Below, in pieces: positions 8,758 to 16,684 of a stretch of 32,000 bases of DNA. The position numbers were made by a program, and so were the translations under genes. The stretch comes from an uncultured archaeon (GTDB lineage: Archaea > Micrarchaeota > Micrarchaeia > Micrarchaeales > CABMGC01). The stretch's first letter is position 1; the number at the start of each line of letters is the position of its first letter. Below the pieces are notes generated by a model. That model made no database searches, was not told the origin of the DNA, and was given only the letters and a program-made list of their open reading frames with translations. Location: assembly GCA_963704435.1 (NCBI GenBank), contig OY969902.1:390001-422000 (forward strand), read 5' to 3'.

Positions 8758-9541
8758 TTAGCTTTTTTATCGCTTCCGCCCGCGTGGCGGAGTTCAGGCC
8801 CTTCCAGTCGATCACCGCGACCTCCGGCCTGTGCGTGGTCCTGTCAAGGCACTGCTCGAGCGTGTCGAAGTTGTAGGTGCCGTCGTCGTTCTCGGTCGCA
8901 TACTTCGGCATTATGTGCGAGAAGGCGTAGCCCCTGTCGATTGCCAGCCGCGAAAACCCTTCGGGGTAGTGGCCGTTCCCTATCCCTACCGCCACCTTGC
9001 TGTACTCCGAGTCTCCGGAGGCATAGCTCGCCATCACATCATAGGTCGCATCGGCGACCTTCGCTGCGCTCTCGACGCTGCAGACTGCGCCTGCGCCGAC
9101 GCCGATCTCGATGAACATGGAAGGGGTCCTTACGAGCGGGCCGTGGTGCGTCGCCTCATAGACGCAGCGCGCGCCGCTTGCGCGCTCCGCCATGGCCTTC
9201 AGCGCGGAGAGCATCGCGACCGGTGCGGCGTGCGAAAGCTCCTTTGGCTTCCCGCCAAGCTTAGCCGCAGGGCCCCAGTTTCCGAGAGAGTGCGTCGTGA
9301 ATGCCGATACTCCTGCGGCGCTCTCGTGCCTGCTTAGGAAGCAGGCGACGTCGACACCGAGCCCGTCTATGAATTCCGCATTGACCAGGGAAGCGTCCGT
9401 CTCGTAGACCCTGATCCTACCGCTTTCGTACGCCTTCCGACCCTCCAGCTCGACCTCCTTGAAATCGTGATCCCCGACCAGGCGGCCGGCGATGCTGGAC
9501 GACGTCCCGTCCATAGTGGAATAGAAAATCCCGATGACCAT
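8726..9541 (-). CDS. dtdA: D-aminoacyl-tRNA deacylase, archaeal DTD2 type
   Basis: 271 aa. Family blocks as I recall them from Pyrococcus DTD2: SRHES..., TTHSLGNWG, YEATHHGP, PSMFIEIG, GIGNGHY, DWKG. Confidence 0.85.
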   Translation of the reverse strand: MVIGIFYSTMDGTSSSIAGRLVGDHDFKEVELEGRKAYESGRIRVYETDASLVNAEFIDGLGVDVACFLSRHESAAGVSAFTTHSLGNWGPAAKLGGKPKELSHAAPVAMLSALKAMAERASGARCVYEATHHGPLVRTPSMFIEIGVGAGAVCSVESAAKVADATYDVMASYASGDSEYSKVAVGIGNGHYPEGFSRLAIDRGYAFSHIMPKYATENDDGTYNFDTLEQCLDRTTHRPEVAVIDWKGLNSATRAEAIKKLNEIGLDYEKL

Positions 9542-9739
9542 CTAACGACACCAAACGGCGCCGGATCGCGCAGCGCCCCGCGGAATCATGCCTACTTGCT
9601 AGCCAAGGCTTCTATACCTTTCTGCGCAGACCGAGAGCGGACCAGGGCAGTCCGCGGCGTTGGTATTTTTCTTCCCTCCGCCGAGCAGATAGCATTATAT
9701 TATTATCAATACGATAGATAAACCATAAACGGGGGTTGA

Positions 9740-10480
9740 ATGTTCGAACTGAAACTTAACGATGCAAAGTACTGGCGGGACTGCATTGAGGCCATAGTCA
9801 GCCTTGTGGACGAGGGCCTGTTCAGCATATCCAAGGAGGGCATAGGCCTGAAGGCCATGGACCCCTCGGGCATAAGCATGATCTCTTTCTTCATGCCGAG
9901 CAAGGCGTTCGCCAAGTACGAGATAGACAAGAGCACCTCCATAGGGCTGAACCTCGACAACCTCAGCAAGATAATGACGAGGACCAGGGACAACGAGGCG
10001 CTGGTGATGAAGGACACGGACAACAAGATATCGCTGGAGTTCGTGGGCGAGAAGAGCAGGAGGAGGTACAGGCTGCAGCTCATAGACGTCAAGAAGAGCG
10101 TTGAGAAGGAGCCGAGCGTGGAGTTCGACGCGAACATAGAGATCGACGGGGAGCACCTGAAGAACGCGCTCAAGGACGCGACGCTCATATCCTCGTACAT
10201 ATCGTTCAAGGCCGTGAAGGGCCAGTTCTCGATAAACGCCAAGGGCGACTCAGGGGAGCTGGAGGAGCTGCATGAGATAGACGGCGGGAAGATAAAGAAG
10301 GTCGACGCGACTAAGGAGGCGTCGTCCGTGTTCAACCTGGAGTTCCTCGAGAACATGGTCAAGTCGAGCCAGCTGGGCAACGTCATAAAGCTGTCCCTGA
10401 AGTCGGACCAGCCGCTTAGGCTGACCTACGGGATAGGCGACGCGTCTGTCACGTACTTCCTTGCCCCTTATGTGGAGTAG
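9740..10480 (+). CDS. pcn: DNA polymerase sliding clamp (PCNA)
   Basis: 246 aa. MFELKLNDAKYWRDCIEAIVSLVDEGLFSISKEGIGLKAMDPSGISMISF... is a typical archaeal PCNA N-terminus. Length and two-domain pattern fit. An A+T-rich TATA region lies at 9696-9706. Confidence 0.95.
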   Translation: MFELKLNDAKYWRDCIEAIVSLVDEGLFSISKEGIGLKAMDPSGISMISFFMPSKAFAKYEIDKSTSIGLNLDNLSKIMTRTRDNEALVMKDTDNKISLEFVGEKSRRRYRLQLIDVKKSVEKEPSVEFDANIEIDGEHLKNALKDATLISSYISFKAVKGQFSINAKGDSGELEELHEIDGGKIKKVDATKEASSVFNLEFLENMVKSSQLGNVIKLSLKSDQPLRLTYGIGDASVTYFLAPYVE

Positions 10481-10527
10481 CGACGGCGCGCAGTCTGGAT
10501 TATAAAGCTTGAATTACAAATCCTAGC

Positions 10528-11457
10528 ATGGCAGCGGCAGGCGGGCCGAAGCTGGACTTCGCCTACAGATACCCTTTTTCTACCGAGGCGAGGGAGCTGA
10601 TAGCCTCGATGGGCGCGGGCTCGACTGACGGCAGGTACGCGATGGCGGGCCTGCTGCGCGTCAACGAGGCCATAAGCAAGTCGCGCATAGAGTTCGTGAA
10701 GACCGAGCTGACCGAGCTTAAGTACACCTACCTGATGAGCTATGTCTACGCCAGGATGCTCATAAGCGCGACCGGAGACAGGTACGCGATAGCGAGGTAC
10801 GCCGCTGCGGAGGCGAACAGGGCCGCAGACGCGCTCTCCGTGGATTCGGCGGAAAGCATCGCGAAGATCGCGGGCGGGCTCGGGATAGGGCTCAGGGAGA
10901 AGGACGGGACCTACCTGATGAAGTTCGAGGATTTCGCAGCGATAAGGCGAGGAAACGACGCCCTTGCGCTCGCGAACCAGCAGATCGAGGGGGGCATAGT
11001 GCACATGTCAAAGGAGCGCACCGTGAAGCTGCTCGGGTACGCCATCGAGAGGGAGATAGCCAGGAGGCTGCCGATAGAGAAGAAGGCGCTCCCGAAGGAA
11101 ATCGTGGATATGGCCAGAGGCATAAGGCTCGAGGAGAAGCGCGTCATACTCAGCGAGAACATGGGCTCATACGCCTGGATAGACAAGCTGCTCACTACCC
11201 CGATACCCGACGTGAGGCACAGGACGGTGAACCTCATACTCGCGCCGTACCTCATGAACGTGAGGAAGCTCGACGAGGATTCCGCGGTGAAGGTCATCAT
11301 GGAATACATAGACAGGTGCAAGCTCCTGAACCCCAACACGAACGTGAACGAGACTTATGTAAGGTACCAGTGCCACTACTCCAAGGCGAAGGGGATGCGG
11401 ACTCTCTCGGCCTCGAGGGCGAGGGAGCTGCTGGCGGAGATGATCGAGTTCGGTTGA
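10528..11457 (+). CDS. priL: DNA primase large subunit PriL-like (Fe-S ligands apparently incomplete)
   Basis: 309 aa directly downstream of pcn. YRYPF near the N-terminus and RYAIARYAAAEANR match the KKYPF / RRYAYAEAK blocks I recall from Sulfolobus PriL. The C-terminal HRTVNLILAPYLMNVRKLDEDSAVKVIMEYIDRC resembles the PriL-CTD helix pair. Confidence 0.6.
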   Translation: MAAAGGPKLDFAYRYPFSTEARELIASMGAGSTDGRYAMAGLLRVNEAISKSRIEFVKTELTELKYTYLMSYVYARMLISATGDRYAIARYAAAEANRAADALSVDSAESIAKIAGGLGIGLREKDGTYLMKFEDFAAIRRGNDALALANQQIEGGIVHMSKERTVKLLGYAIEREIARRLPIEKKALPKEIVDMARGIRLEEKRVILSENMGSYAWIDKLLTTPIPDVRHRTVNLILAPYLMNVRKLDEDSAVKVIMEYIDRCKLLNPNTNVNETYVRYQCHYSKAKGMRTLSASRARELLAEMIEFG

Positions 11458-11461
11458 TTCA

Positions 11462-11623
11462 ATGGCGGACATATACCGATTATGCCATGTGTGCGGAAGG
11501 CCCGCGGGACACGCGTGCAAACTCTGCGGCAGACCCGTTTGTGAAGAGCACTATGATGCAGCTTTGGGATTGTGCTTGACTTGCAAAAGGGGGCGGCAGG
11601 CCAGGCGCGGGTTGGCCAAGTAG
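11462..11623 (+). CDS. Small zinc-ribbon / double-zinc-knuckle protein (53 aa), absent from the ORF track
   Basis: My own translation: MADIYRLCHVCGRPAGHACKLCGRPVCEEHYDAALGLCLTCKRGRQARRGLAK*. It has eight spaced Cys/His ligands (C8 C11 C19 C22 C27 H30 C38 C41) and a basic tail. It starts 5 nt after the priL stop. Confidence 0.5.
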   Translation: MADIYRLCHVCGRPAGHACKLCGRPVCEEHYDAALGLCLTCKRGRQARRGLAK

Positions 11624-11630
11624 GCAGTGC

Positions 11631-11903
11631 TCACTCTTCTATCACGCTGAAGTCAGCCCTTGCCGTCCCTGTGGGAAACGCCTCTCCGTTCGGCGCCTCC
11701 GCCGGCAGCCCGATGTCGTCCGCGATCTTCTCAAGCTCGGTCAGCGCAATCACCCTATCGGTAAACAACTCTACATATCTTACGCCGGCGAAGTCCTTGC
11801 GCCTCACCCTGAAAGTCACCTGCTGGATATTGCCTCCGCGCGTGACCCTTATCTTTATGGAGCCCTGCCTCACCGCCTCCTCGGCCTTGGGGGAAAGTTT
11901 CAT
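11631..11903 (-). CDS. Hypothetical small protein (about 90 aa)
   Basis: Track ORF is 11631..11951. ATG 11903 (MKLSPKAEE...) is preferred because a TTTTATA element lies about 20 nt upstream on the minus strand. No family recognised. Divergent from the EncFtn-like gene. Confidence 0.4.
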   Translation of the reverse strand: MKLSPKAEEAVRQGSIKIRVTRGGNIQQVTFRVRRKDFAGVRYVELFTDRVIALTELEKIADDIGLPAEAPNGEAFPTGTARADFSVIEE

Positions 11904-11971
11904 GGAGCCACCGTACGGTATAAAAGGAGCGTCATAAATATAATATTGCATTGTAGGATTTTGTTTAGGGT

Positions 11972-12259
11972 GTGTCGATGGAATATATGGAGAAAGGGCG
12001 AATAAGCAAGAAGGTCCTGGACTTGAACAGGGCCAGGCAGTCTCTCGTTGAGGAGCTCCAAGCCATAATGTGGTATGACGAGCGTGCGGACGCTACTGGA
12101 GACAGCGAGCTGAGATCCGTCCTCGCGCACAACAGGGACGACGAGAAGGAGCACGCTTCGCTGCTGCTGGAATGGCTGAGGCGCAATGACCCAGCGTTCA
12201 AGAGGAAGGCGGGCGAGATACTCTTCAAGAACAAGAAACTCGAGGATCTCTGGGATTGA
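11972..12259 (+). CDS. Encapsulated-ferritin (EncFtn)-family ferritin-like protein, without a recognisable cargo-targeting tail
   Basis: VEELQAIMWYDERADATGDSELRSVLAHNRDDEKEHASLLLEWLRRNDP is near-colinear with the R. rubrum EncFtn core as I recall it (MEELEAVDWYDQRVDASTDPELTAILAHNRDEEKEHAAMTLEWLRRND). The ExxH metal motif is present. GTG at 11972 or ATG at 11978 could be the start. Confidence 0.8.
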   Translation: MSMEYMEKGRISKKVLDLNRARQSLVEELQAIMWYDERADATGDSELRSVLAHNRDDEKEHASLLLEWLRRNDPAFKRKAGEILFKNKKLEDLWD

Positions 12260-12365
12260 ATGGGTAGCCCCTGAAGTTAGACGCCCGTCGTAGGAAGATG
12301 ACTTCTTGAACAACGTTTATATACGTGGCGAATAACAGTAAATAACGTAGCAAGGGTGGGGATCC

Positions 12366-12995
12366 ATGCACGATGAAAAAGACGAGGGGGAGCCGAGCGG
12401 TTTAAAGTTCGAGATTGACAGTAATGTGCTGAGAGATTCATCTCAGCAGGGATTCTTGGAGGCTGCTATCGCAGAGGCGCGAAAGAGCCTTGCAGAAGGT
12501 GGCATACCGATAGGGGCAGTCCTAGTAAAGGAGGGAATGATTATCGGACGAGGGCACAACAAGAGAGTGCAGACCAGAAACCGAATGAACCACGCTGAGA
12601 TCGATTGCCTGGCGGATGCGCTTGAGCACAACAGTCGTAGTGATGTCGGAGGCTCGACCATGTACGTGACGCATATGCCCTGCGCCATGTGCGCGGGAGC
12701 TATAATCCATTACAGAGTATCGAAGGTAGTGGCAGCGGAGAGCAGGACGTTTCCCCAAGCGCAGGGAATGCTTGAGCGCGAAGGGATAGGCGTCCTGGAC
12801 CTAGATCACAAGGAATGCAGGCTTATGCTTGAGAGCTTTATTGAAAGCCATAAGGGTTACTGGGAGGATGCGCCCGAAAAGGCCTGGATTATCTCAAAGG
12901 CAGAGACCAAGGACGCCACCGCGAGCCATACAAACGATACAGTTAGCGCAAAAATCACAACAAAATGTGAGGAGGCAACCAGAAAGACAACGTAA
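12366..12995 (+). CDS. CDA-fold deaminase, yeast-FCY1-type cytosine deaminase-like, with a low-complexity C-terminal tail
   Basis: Zinc motifs HAE (NHAEIDC) and PCAMC. GGIPIGAVLVKEGMIIGRGHNKR and ...ECRLMLESFIESHKGYWED parallel FCY1 (GGVPIGGCL...GRGHN; ...RCKKIMKQFIDERPQDWFED), from memory. TATA at about 12316-12324. Confidence 0.8.
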   Translation: MHDEKDEGEPSGLKFEIDSNVLRDSSQQGFLEAAIAEARKSLAEGGIPIGAVLVKEGMIIGRGHNKRVQTRNRMNHAEIDCLADALEHNSRSDVGGSTMYVTHMPCAMCAGAIIHYRVSKVVAAESRTFPQAQGMLEREGIGVLDLDHKECRLMLESFIESHKGYWEDAPEKAWIISKAETKDATASHTNDTVSAKITTKCEEATRKTT

Positions 12996-14377
12996 TGGTG
13001 AATATTGTGAGAGAATCAACTAGGGGGTCGGAATGCAAGGAAGATCTTATCCAACTGAAGCGCATCCCTGACATGAATTTCTACCAGTACCCTCCACCAT
13101 TGCCCGCTGGGAAGAACAAGGAAGCATTCATTGAGAAGCTTGAGCTCTTTCGGACTCTACCTGGCTCTGAGATCTTCACGTTTTTCATATCTGTGCCCTA
13201 CTGCAGGACTAGGTGCAATTCCTGCCCGTTCTTCAAGGACTTGCTACCGAAGAATGTCGATCAGCACTCGTTTCTAGAACCCTACGTAAGTAGCGTTGAA
13301 ACACAGCTAGACGCCTACGCCAGAACCAAGAGGTTCAGCCTTGCAAGGAGCGCTGCGGTGTATATAGGCGGCGGGACAGCATCACTGCTTTCTGCCGAGC
13401 AGGCTAGCAGGATGGTCAAGCTTGTGAAAGGCTCCTTCAGGACGACCGAGGACATTGAGGTGACGATGGAAGGAAATCCATCCGACTTTAGCGAAAAGTA
13501 CTACAAGAGGATAATCGACGGCGGAGTAAACAGACTATCGATAGGATACCAGAGCTCCCAGGAGCGCATACTCAGAGACAAGCTCGGCACTCCACACAGT
13601 GCAAAAGAGGGCGCGATTGCGCTGAGTGAGGCCCTCGACGCAGGATTCAGAACGGTCAATGTCGACCTGCTTTATGGAGTCCCAGGCCAGGGATTCAACG
13701 ATTGGAAACGCGACCTCGAGACGGTCATAAGCTTCAGGCCAGAACACATAACTACAAGATCGTATGTGATCTATGGCAACGCACTTTCGGCGTTAAGGAT
13801 CAACGAAGGCACTCTGGAAGAGCCAATAGACGGGGATGAAAAGCACAGGTGGTACCTGCACACCAAGGAGGCGCTAGGCAAAAATGGCTATGTGGAACAT
13901 CGCAAGGGAAACTTTTCTCTGCCTGGCCACTGCCAAAAATATTCCGAGCTGACCTATCGTTTAAGCAAGGAGAGCATTGGCATAGGCGCGGGCGCTTACA
14001 GTTTCATAAACGGCTACTTGTTCAGGGCTACCAAGGATTCAAAGGAGTTTATGGCAAACATAGCAAGGGGCCTCTTCACCTCTCCAGACTCGTACTCAGT
14101 CAATGCGGACAGAGAGATAATGATGGGGCGGTGCATAATGCAGAACCTCGTGATTGGTCGCATATCCAGGCGAGAGTTCAAGGGGAGGTTCGGGGAGGAC
14201 CCGGTTGGTGCATATCCAGAGGTTTTCGAGGAGATGCGACTGAAAGGTCTTGCTGAATTCGATGCTGAAGAGATTAGGCTTACAGAACTCGGGAACCGGT
14301 GGCAGGAAAATATAATGTACGCGTTCACGTCCGAGAAGGTTAGAAAGGACATAATATCGAGTGCGGTAAGGATATAA
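12995..14377 (+). CDS. Radical SAM enzyme, HemN/HemW-like (class C) family
   Basis: CxxxCxxC (YCRTRCNSCPF), VYIGGGTASLL (GGGTP-like), and MEGNP...GVNRLSIGYQSSQERIL...LGTPH. HemN_C-like tail (GYVEHRKGNFSLPGH...IGIGAGAYS). The ATG overlaps the upstream stop (TAATG). Confidence 0.8.
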   Translation: MVNIVRESTRGSECKEDLIQLKRIPDMNFYQYPPPLPAGKNKEAFIEKLELFRTLPGSEIFTFFISVPYCRTRCNSCPFFKDLLPKNVDQHSFLEPYVSSVETQLDAYARTKRFSLARSAAVYIGGGTASLLSAEQASRMVKLVKGSFRTTEDIEVTMEGNPSDFSEKYYKRIIDGGVNRLSIGYQSSQERILRDKLGTPHSAKEGAIALSEALDAGFRTVNVDLLYGVPGQGFNDWKRDLETVISFRPEHITTRSYVIYGNALSALRINEGTLEEPIDGDEKHRWYLHTKEALGKNGYVEHRKGNFSLPGHCQKYSELTYRLSKESIGIGAGAYSFINGYLFRATKDSKEFMANIARGLFTSPDSYSVNADREIMMGRCIMQNLVIGRISRREFKGRFGEDPVGAYPEVFEEMRLKGLAEFDAEEIRLTELGNRWQENIMYAFTSEKVRKDIISSAVRI

Positions 14378-14378
14378 A

Positions 14379-15689
14379 ATGGCTCAGGAATATTATAGTA
14401 ATGAGGCGAACGTTTTGGCCAAAACGCTAAGAAGCGACAGGAACCCTGAGGTCGCAGTGAACAACGGCGTTGTGATAGACCTGGCGCTCATAAAGCAGGG
14501 GCTTGATGCGAGGCCAGCCGGGAACGACAAGCTGGAGATTCTTGAGATGGTAAGAAGAATCAAGATGCTTCAGATTGATACGGTAAACGTGGTGGAAAGG
14601 AGCCACTATCTGGTGCTGCTCAGTAGATTGGGAATATACGAGAAAAGATATTTGGATGAACTTCAGTTCCCTGACAGGGCGCTTTTCGAGCAGCGCAGCC
14701 ACGCCAACTGCCTCATACCGATGGAGTTCTATCCACTCTACCAACCAGAGATCACCGAAGGCAGAAAAATACGGGAGAGCAAGCTCAAGAAGCTGGGCGC
14801 CGACCCCGATGCCATGCTCAATGGCGTGCTAAAGGAGATAAGGGAACGGGGTCCCCTCTCCTCCGCCGACTTCGAGAGCGACGCAGGGAGGAAGCGTGGA
14901 TGGTGGAACCGCAAGCCTGAGAAGGAGGCGCTCGAGATACTGTGGAAGAGGGGCCACCTTGCAGTGGCTAAGAGGAGCAACTTCAGGAGCTACTATGACC
15001 TCACTGAGCGCGTCATTCCTAGCGACCTGCTGAAGGAAAGGCACTCCCTTCAGGACTTCAGGAGATGGGCGGCAATCAGCGGACTCGATGCTATTGGAAT
15101 AGGCACCGTTGAAGATATCGCCGATTACTACAGGCAAAAACCTGCCGAGACAAAGGCCATGCTTGAGCAGTTGGCCACAGAAGGAGTGATAACAAAGATA
15201 AATGTGGAAGGCTGGGGCAAGAGCGCATACGCGCTATCCAAGGACCTCAAGCTTATCGCGAAGTTGAAGGATAATCCACTCGCAACTTCAGGGACCGTGC
15301 TGCTCTCCCCTTTCGACAACCTGATATGGTTCAGGGACAGGACCGAAAGGCTTTTCGGGCTGCATTTCAGAACTGAGACATACGTGCCGAAGAGCGAGAG
15401 GAATTATGGCTATTACTTGATGCCTATACTGCACGACAAGCGGATAATCGGCAAAGTCGACCCTAAAGCGGACAGAAAAAGCAAGACGCTTGAAGTAAAC
15501 AACATACATCTGGAGAAGGGCGTAGAAGTAGACAAAAACTTAATGACTCAACTCTCGAGGTCATTGAGAGAGTTTGCACAATTCAACGACTGCGATTTCG
15601 TAAAAGTACACAAGACCACGCCAGTTGAGCTTAAGGATAGATTGGAAAAAGAAACTTGCCCGGCCACTAAGACTAAAGCGAAGGTTTAA
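14379..15689 (+). CDS. Winged-helix HTH_42 family DNA glycosylase, YcaQ-like (interstrand-crosslink unhooking family)
   Basis: 436 aa starting 1 nt after the radical SAM stop. LQIDTVNVVERSHYLVLLSRLG carries a Q-I-D triplet (nt 14571-14579) matching the Q-phi-D catalytic motif of the YcaQ subfamily. Also FEQRSHANCLIPMEFYP and NYGYYLMPILHDKRIIGKVDPKADRKSKTL. Confidence 0.75.
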   Translation: MAQEYYSNEANVLAKTLRSDRNPEVAVNNGVVIDLALIKQGLDARPAGNDKLEILEMVRRIKMLQIDTVNVVERSHYLVLLSRLGIYEKRYLDELQFPDRALFEQRSHANCLIPMEFYPLYQPEITEGRKIRESKLKKLGADPDAMLNGVLKEIRERGPLSSADFESDAGRKRGWWNRKPEKEALEILWKRGHLAVAKRSNFRSYYDLTERVIPSDLLKERHSLQDFRRWAAISGLDAIGIGTVEDIADYYRQKPAETKAMLEQLATEGVITKINVEGWGKSAYALSKDLKLIAKLKDNPLATSGTVLLSPFDNLIWFRDRTERLFGLHFRTETYVPKSERNYGYYLMPILHDKRIIGKVDPKADRKSKTLEVNNIHLEKGVEVDKNLMTQLSRSLREFAQFNDCDFVKVHKTTPVELKDRLEKETCPATKTKAKV

Positions 15690-15739
15690 TCTGCGCAAAT
15701 GGCACTGTTTCTTATATCTTGATTTCTTATTTTTAAATT

Positions 15740-16150
15740 ATGAAGAACGCAACGATCACGCATATCGTAATAAAAGTGCGGGATATTGCAAAATCGAGGC
15801 CGTTTTATCAGAAGCTTTGTGCTATTCTTGGTTTAAAGGAAGTCCGTTCATCCAAGCAGGGGTTCGCTTATGCGAATGGCGCATTTAGCATATGGGTTAG
15901 CAAAGCCAAAGACGCGACCAAGCACTCTAGGAGCGCTATAGGATACGACCATGTCGCTTTCAGCGCGTCTTCCAGAAAACAGGTTGATGACCTACAAAAG
16001 ATGCTCAGATACGAGAAATTCAGGATCCTCTATCCTGCCAAAGAACATCCTGAATATGCGCCCGGCTACTATTCAGTATCGTTTTTCGACCCTGATGGTA
16101 CAATCCTGGAACTTCTTCATCTGCCCAAAGGCAAAAATTCCTACGGCTGA
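15740..16150 (+). CDS. VOC (glyoxalase / bleomycin-resistance / dioxygenase) superfamily protein
   Basis: 136 aa. ITHIVIKVRDIAKSRPFYQKL...LGL, GYDHVAFS, and YYSVSFFDPDGTILELL are the paired beta-alpha-beta-beta-beta module signatures. Confidence 0.75.
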   Translation: MKNATITHIVIKVRDIAKSRPFYQKLCAILGLKEVRSSKQGFAYANGAFSIWVSKAKDATKHSRSAIGYDHVAFSASSRKQVDDLQKMLRYEKFRILYPAKEHPEYAPGYYSVSFFDPDGTILELLHLPKGKNSYG

Positions 16151-16330
16151 TATTCGGTAAGAGCGGGAGGTACTTAGGTGTAATGAAAATGAAGGCATCC
16201 GCAACACACGTACAGTTCCAAGCCAGCCCATAGACGGGTGTTGCTGGCGCGTTAGCATTACTGTGAAGCCCTCCAGCTTCGCCTTTCGCCTACAACAAGA
16301 GATATTAACATTTAAGATTTATGGGTAGCC

Positions 16331-16684
16331 ATGGTGAGCACGTACCTGGAGATTGCGGTGTTCGGAGCGGTCGCGCTCCTGGTGCCAGTCCTGATGCTTG
16401 CCTTTTCCAAGCTCGTGCGGCCACCCGGCGAGAACAGCGTGGCCGAGACGCAGCCCTTCGAGAGCGCGGAGGCGAGCGTCGGCAGGGGCGTCACCCCCAT
16501 GAACGAGTACGCGCACTACTTCGCGGTCTTCGCGGCATTCGCCGTGCTCTGCGCGATAATGGTCGCATGGAGCCTCACTGCGAAGCAGTTGGATTTCATA
16601 GGCAACGTCAGGATGGGGGCGCTCCTTGCCATGGGCGTATTCCTTGAGTTTTTCGTGCTCGCGATGGGCAGGAGGAGGGTTTGA
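16331..16684 (+). CDS. nuoA: NADH:quinone oxidoreductase subunit A
   Basis: 117 aa with 3 TM helices, first gene of the nuo cluster. The loop FESAEASVG sits where YECG usually is. The stop abuts the nuoB ATG. TATA-like GATATTAA at 16301-16308. Confidence 0.8.
   Translation: MVSTYLEIAVFGAVALLVPVLMLAFSKLVRPPGENSVAETQPFESAEASVGRGVTPMNEYAHYFAVFAAFAVLCAIMVAWSLTAKQLDFIGNVRMGALLAMGVFLEFFVLAMGRRRV

Noticed and set aside
9695-10386. Long antisense ORFs (153 and 226 aa) opposite the PCNA gene. Similar antisense or alternate-frame ORFs occur across G+C-rich genes, for example 17435..17914, 17506..18030, 23822..24442, 30053..30679 and 22988..23740.
   Set aside because: They overlap genes with strong family signatures, and their products are Arg/Pro/Leu/His- or Ser-rich low-complexity strings. 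This is typical of stop-codon-poor antisense frames in G+C-rich DNA.
16201-16244. Inverted repeat GCAACAC-N30-GTGTTGC between the VOC gene and nuoA.
   Set aside because: A single 7-bp pairing with a large loop, no associated T-run, promoter or second helix. It is indistinguishable from chance.
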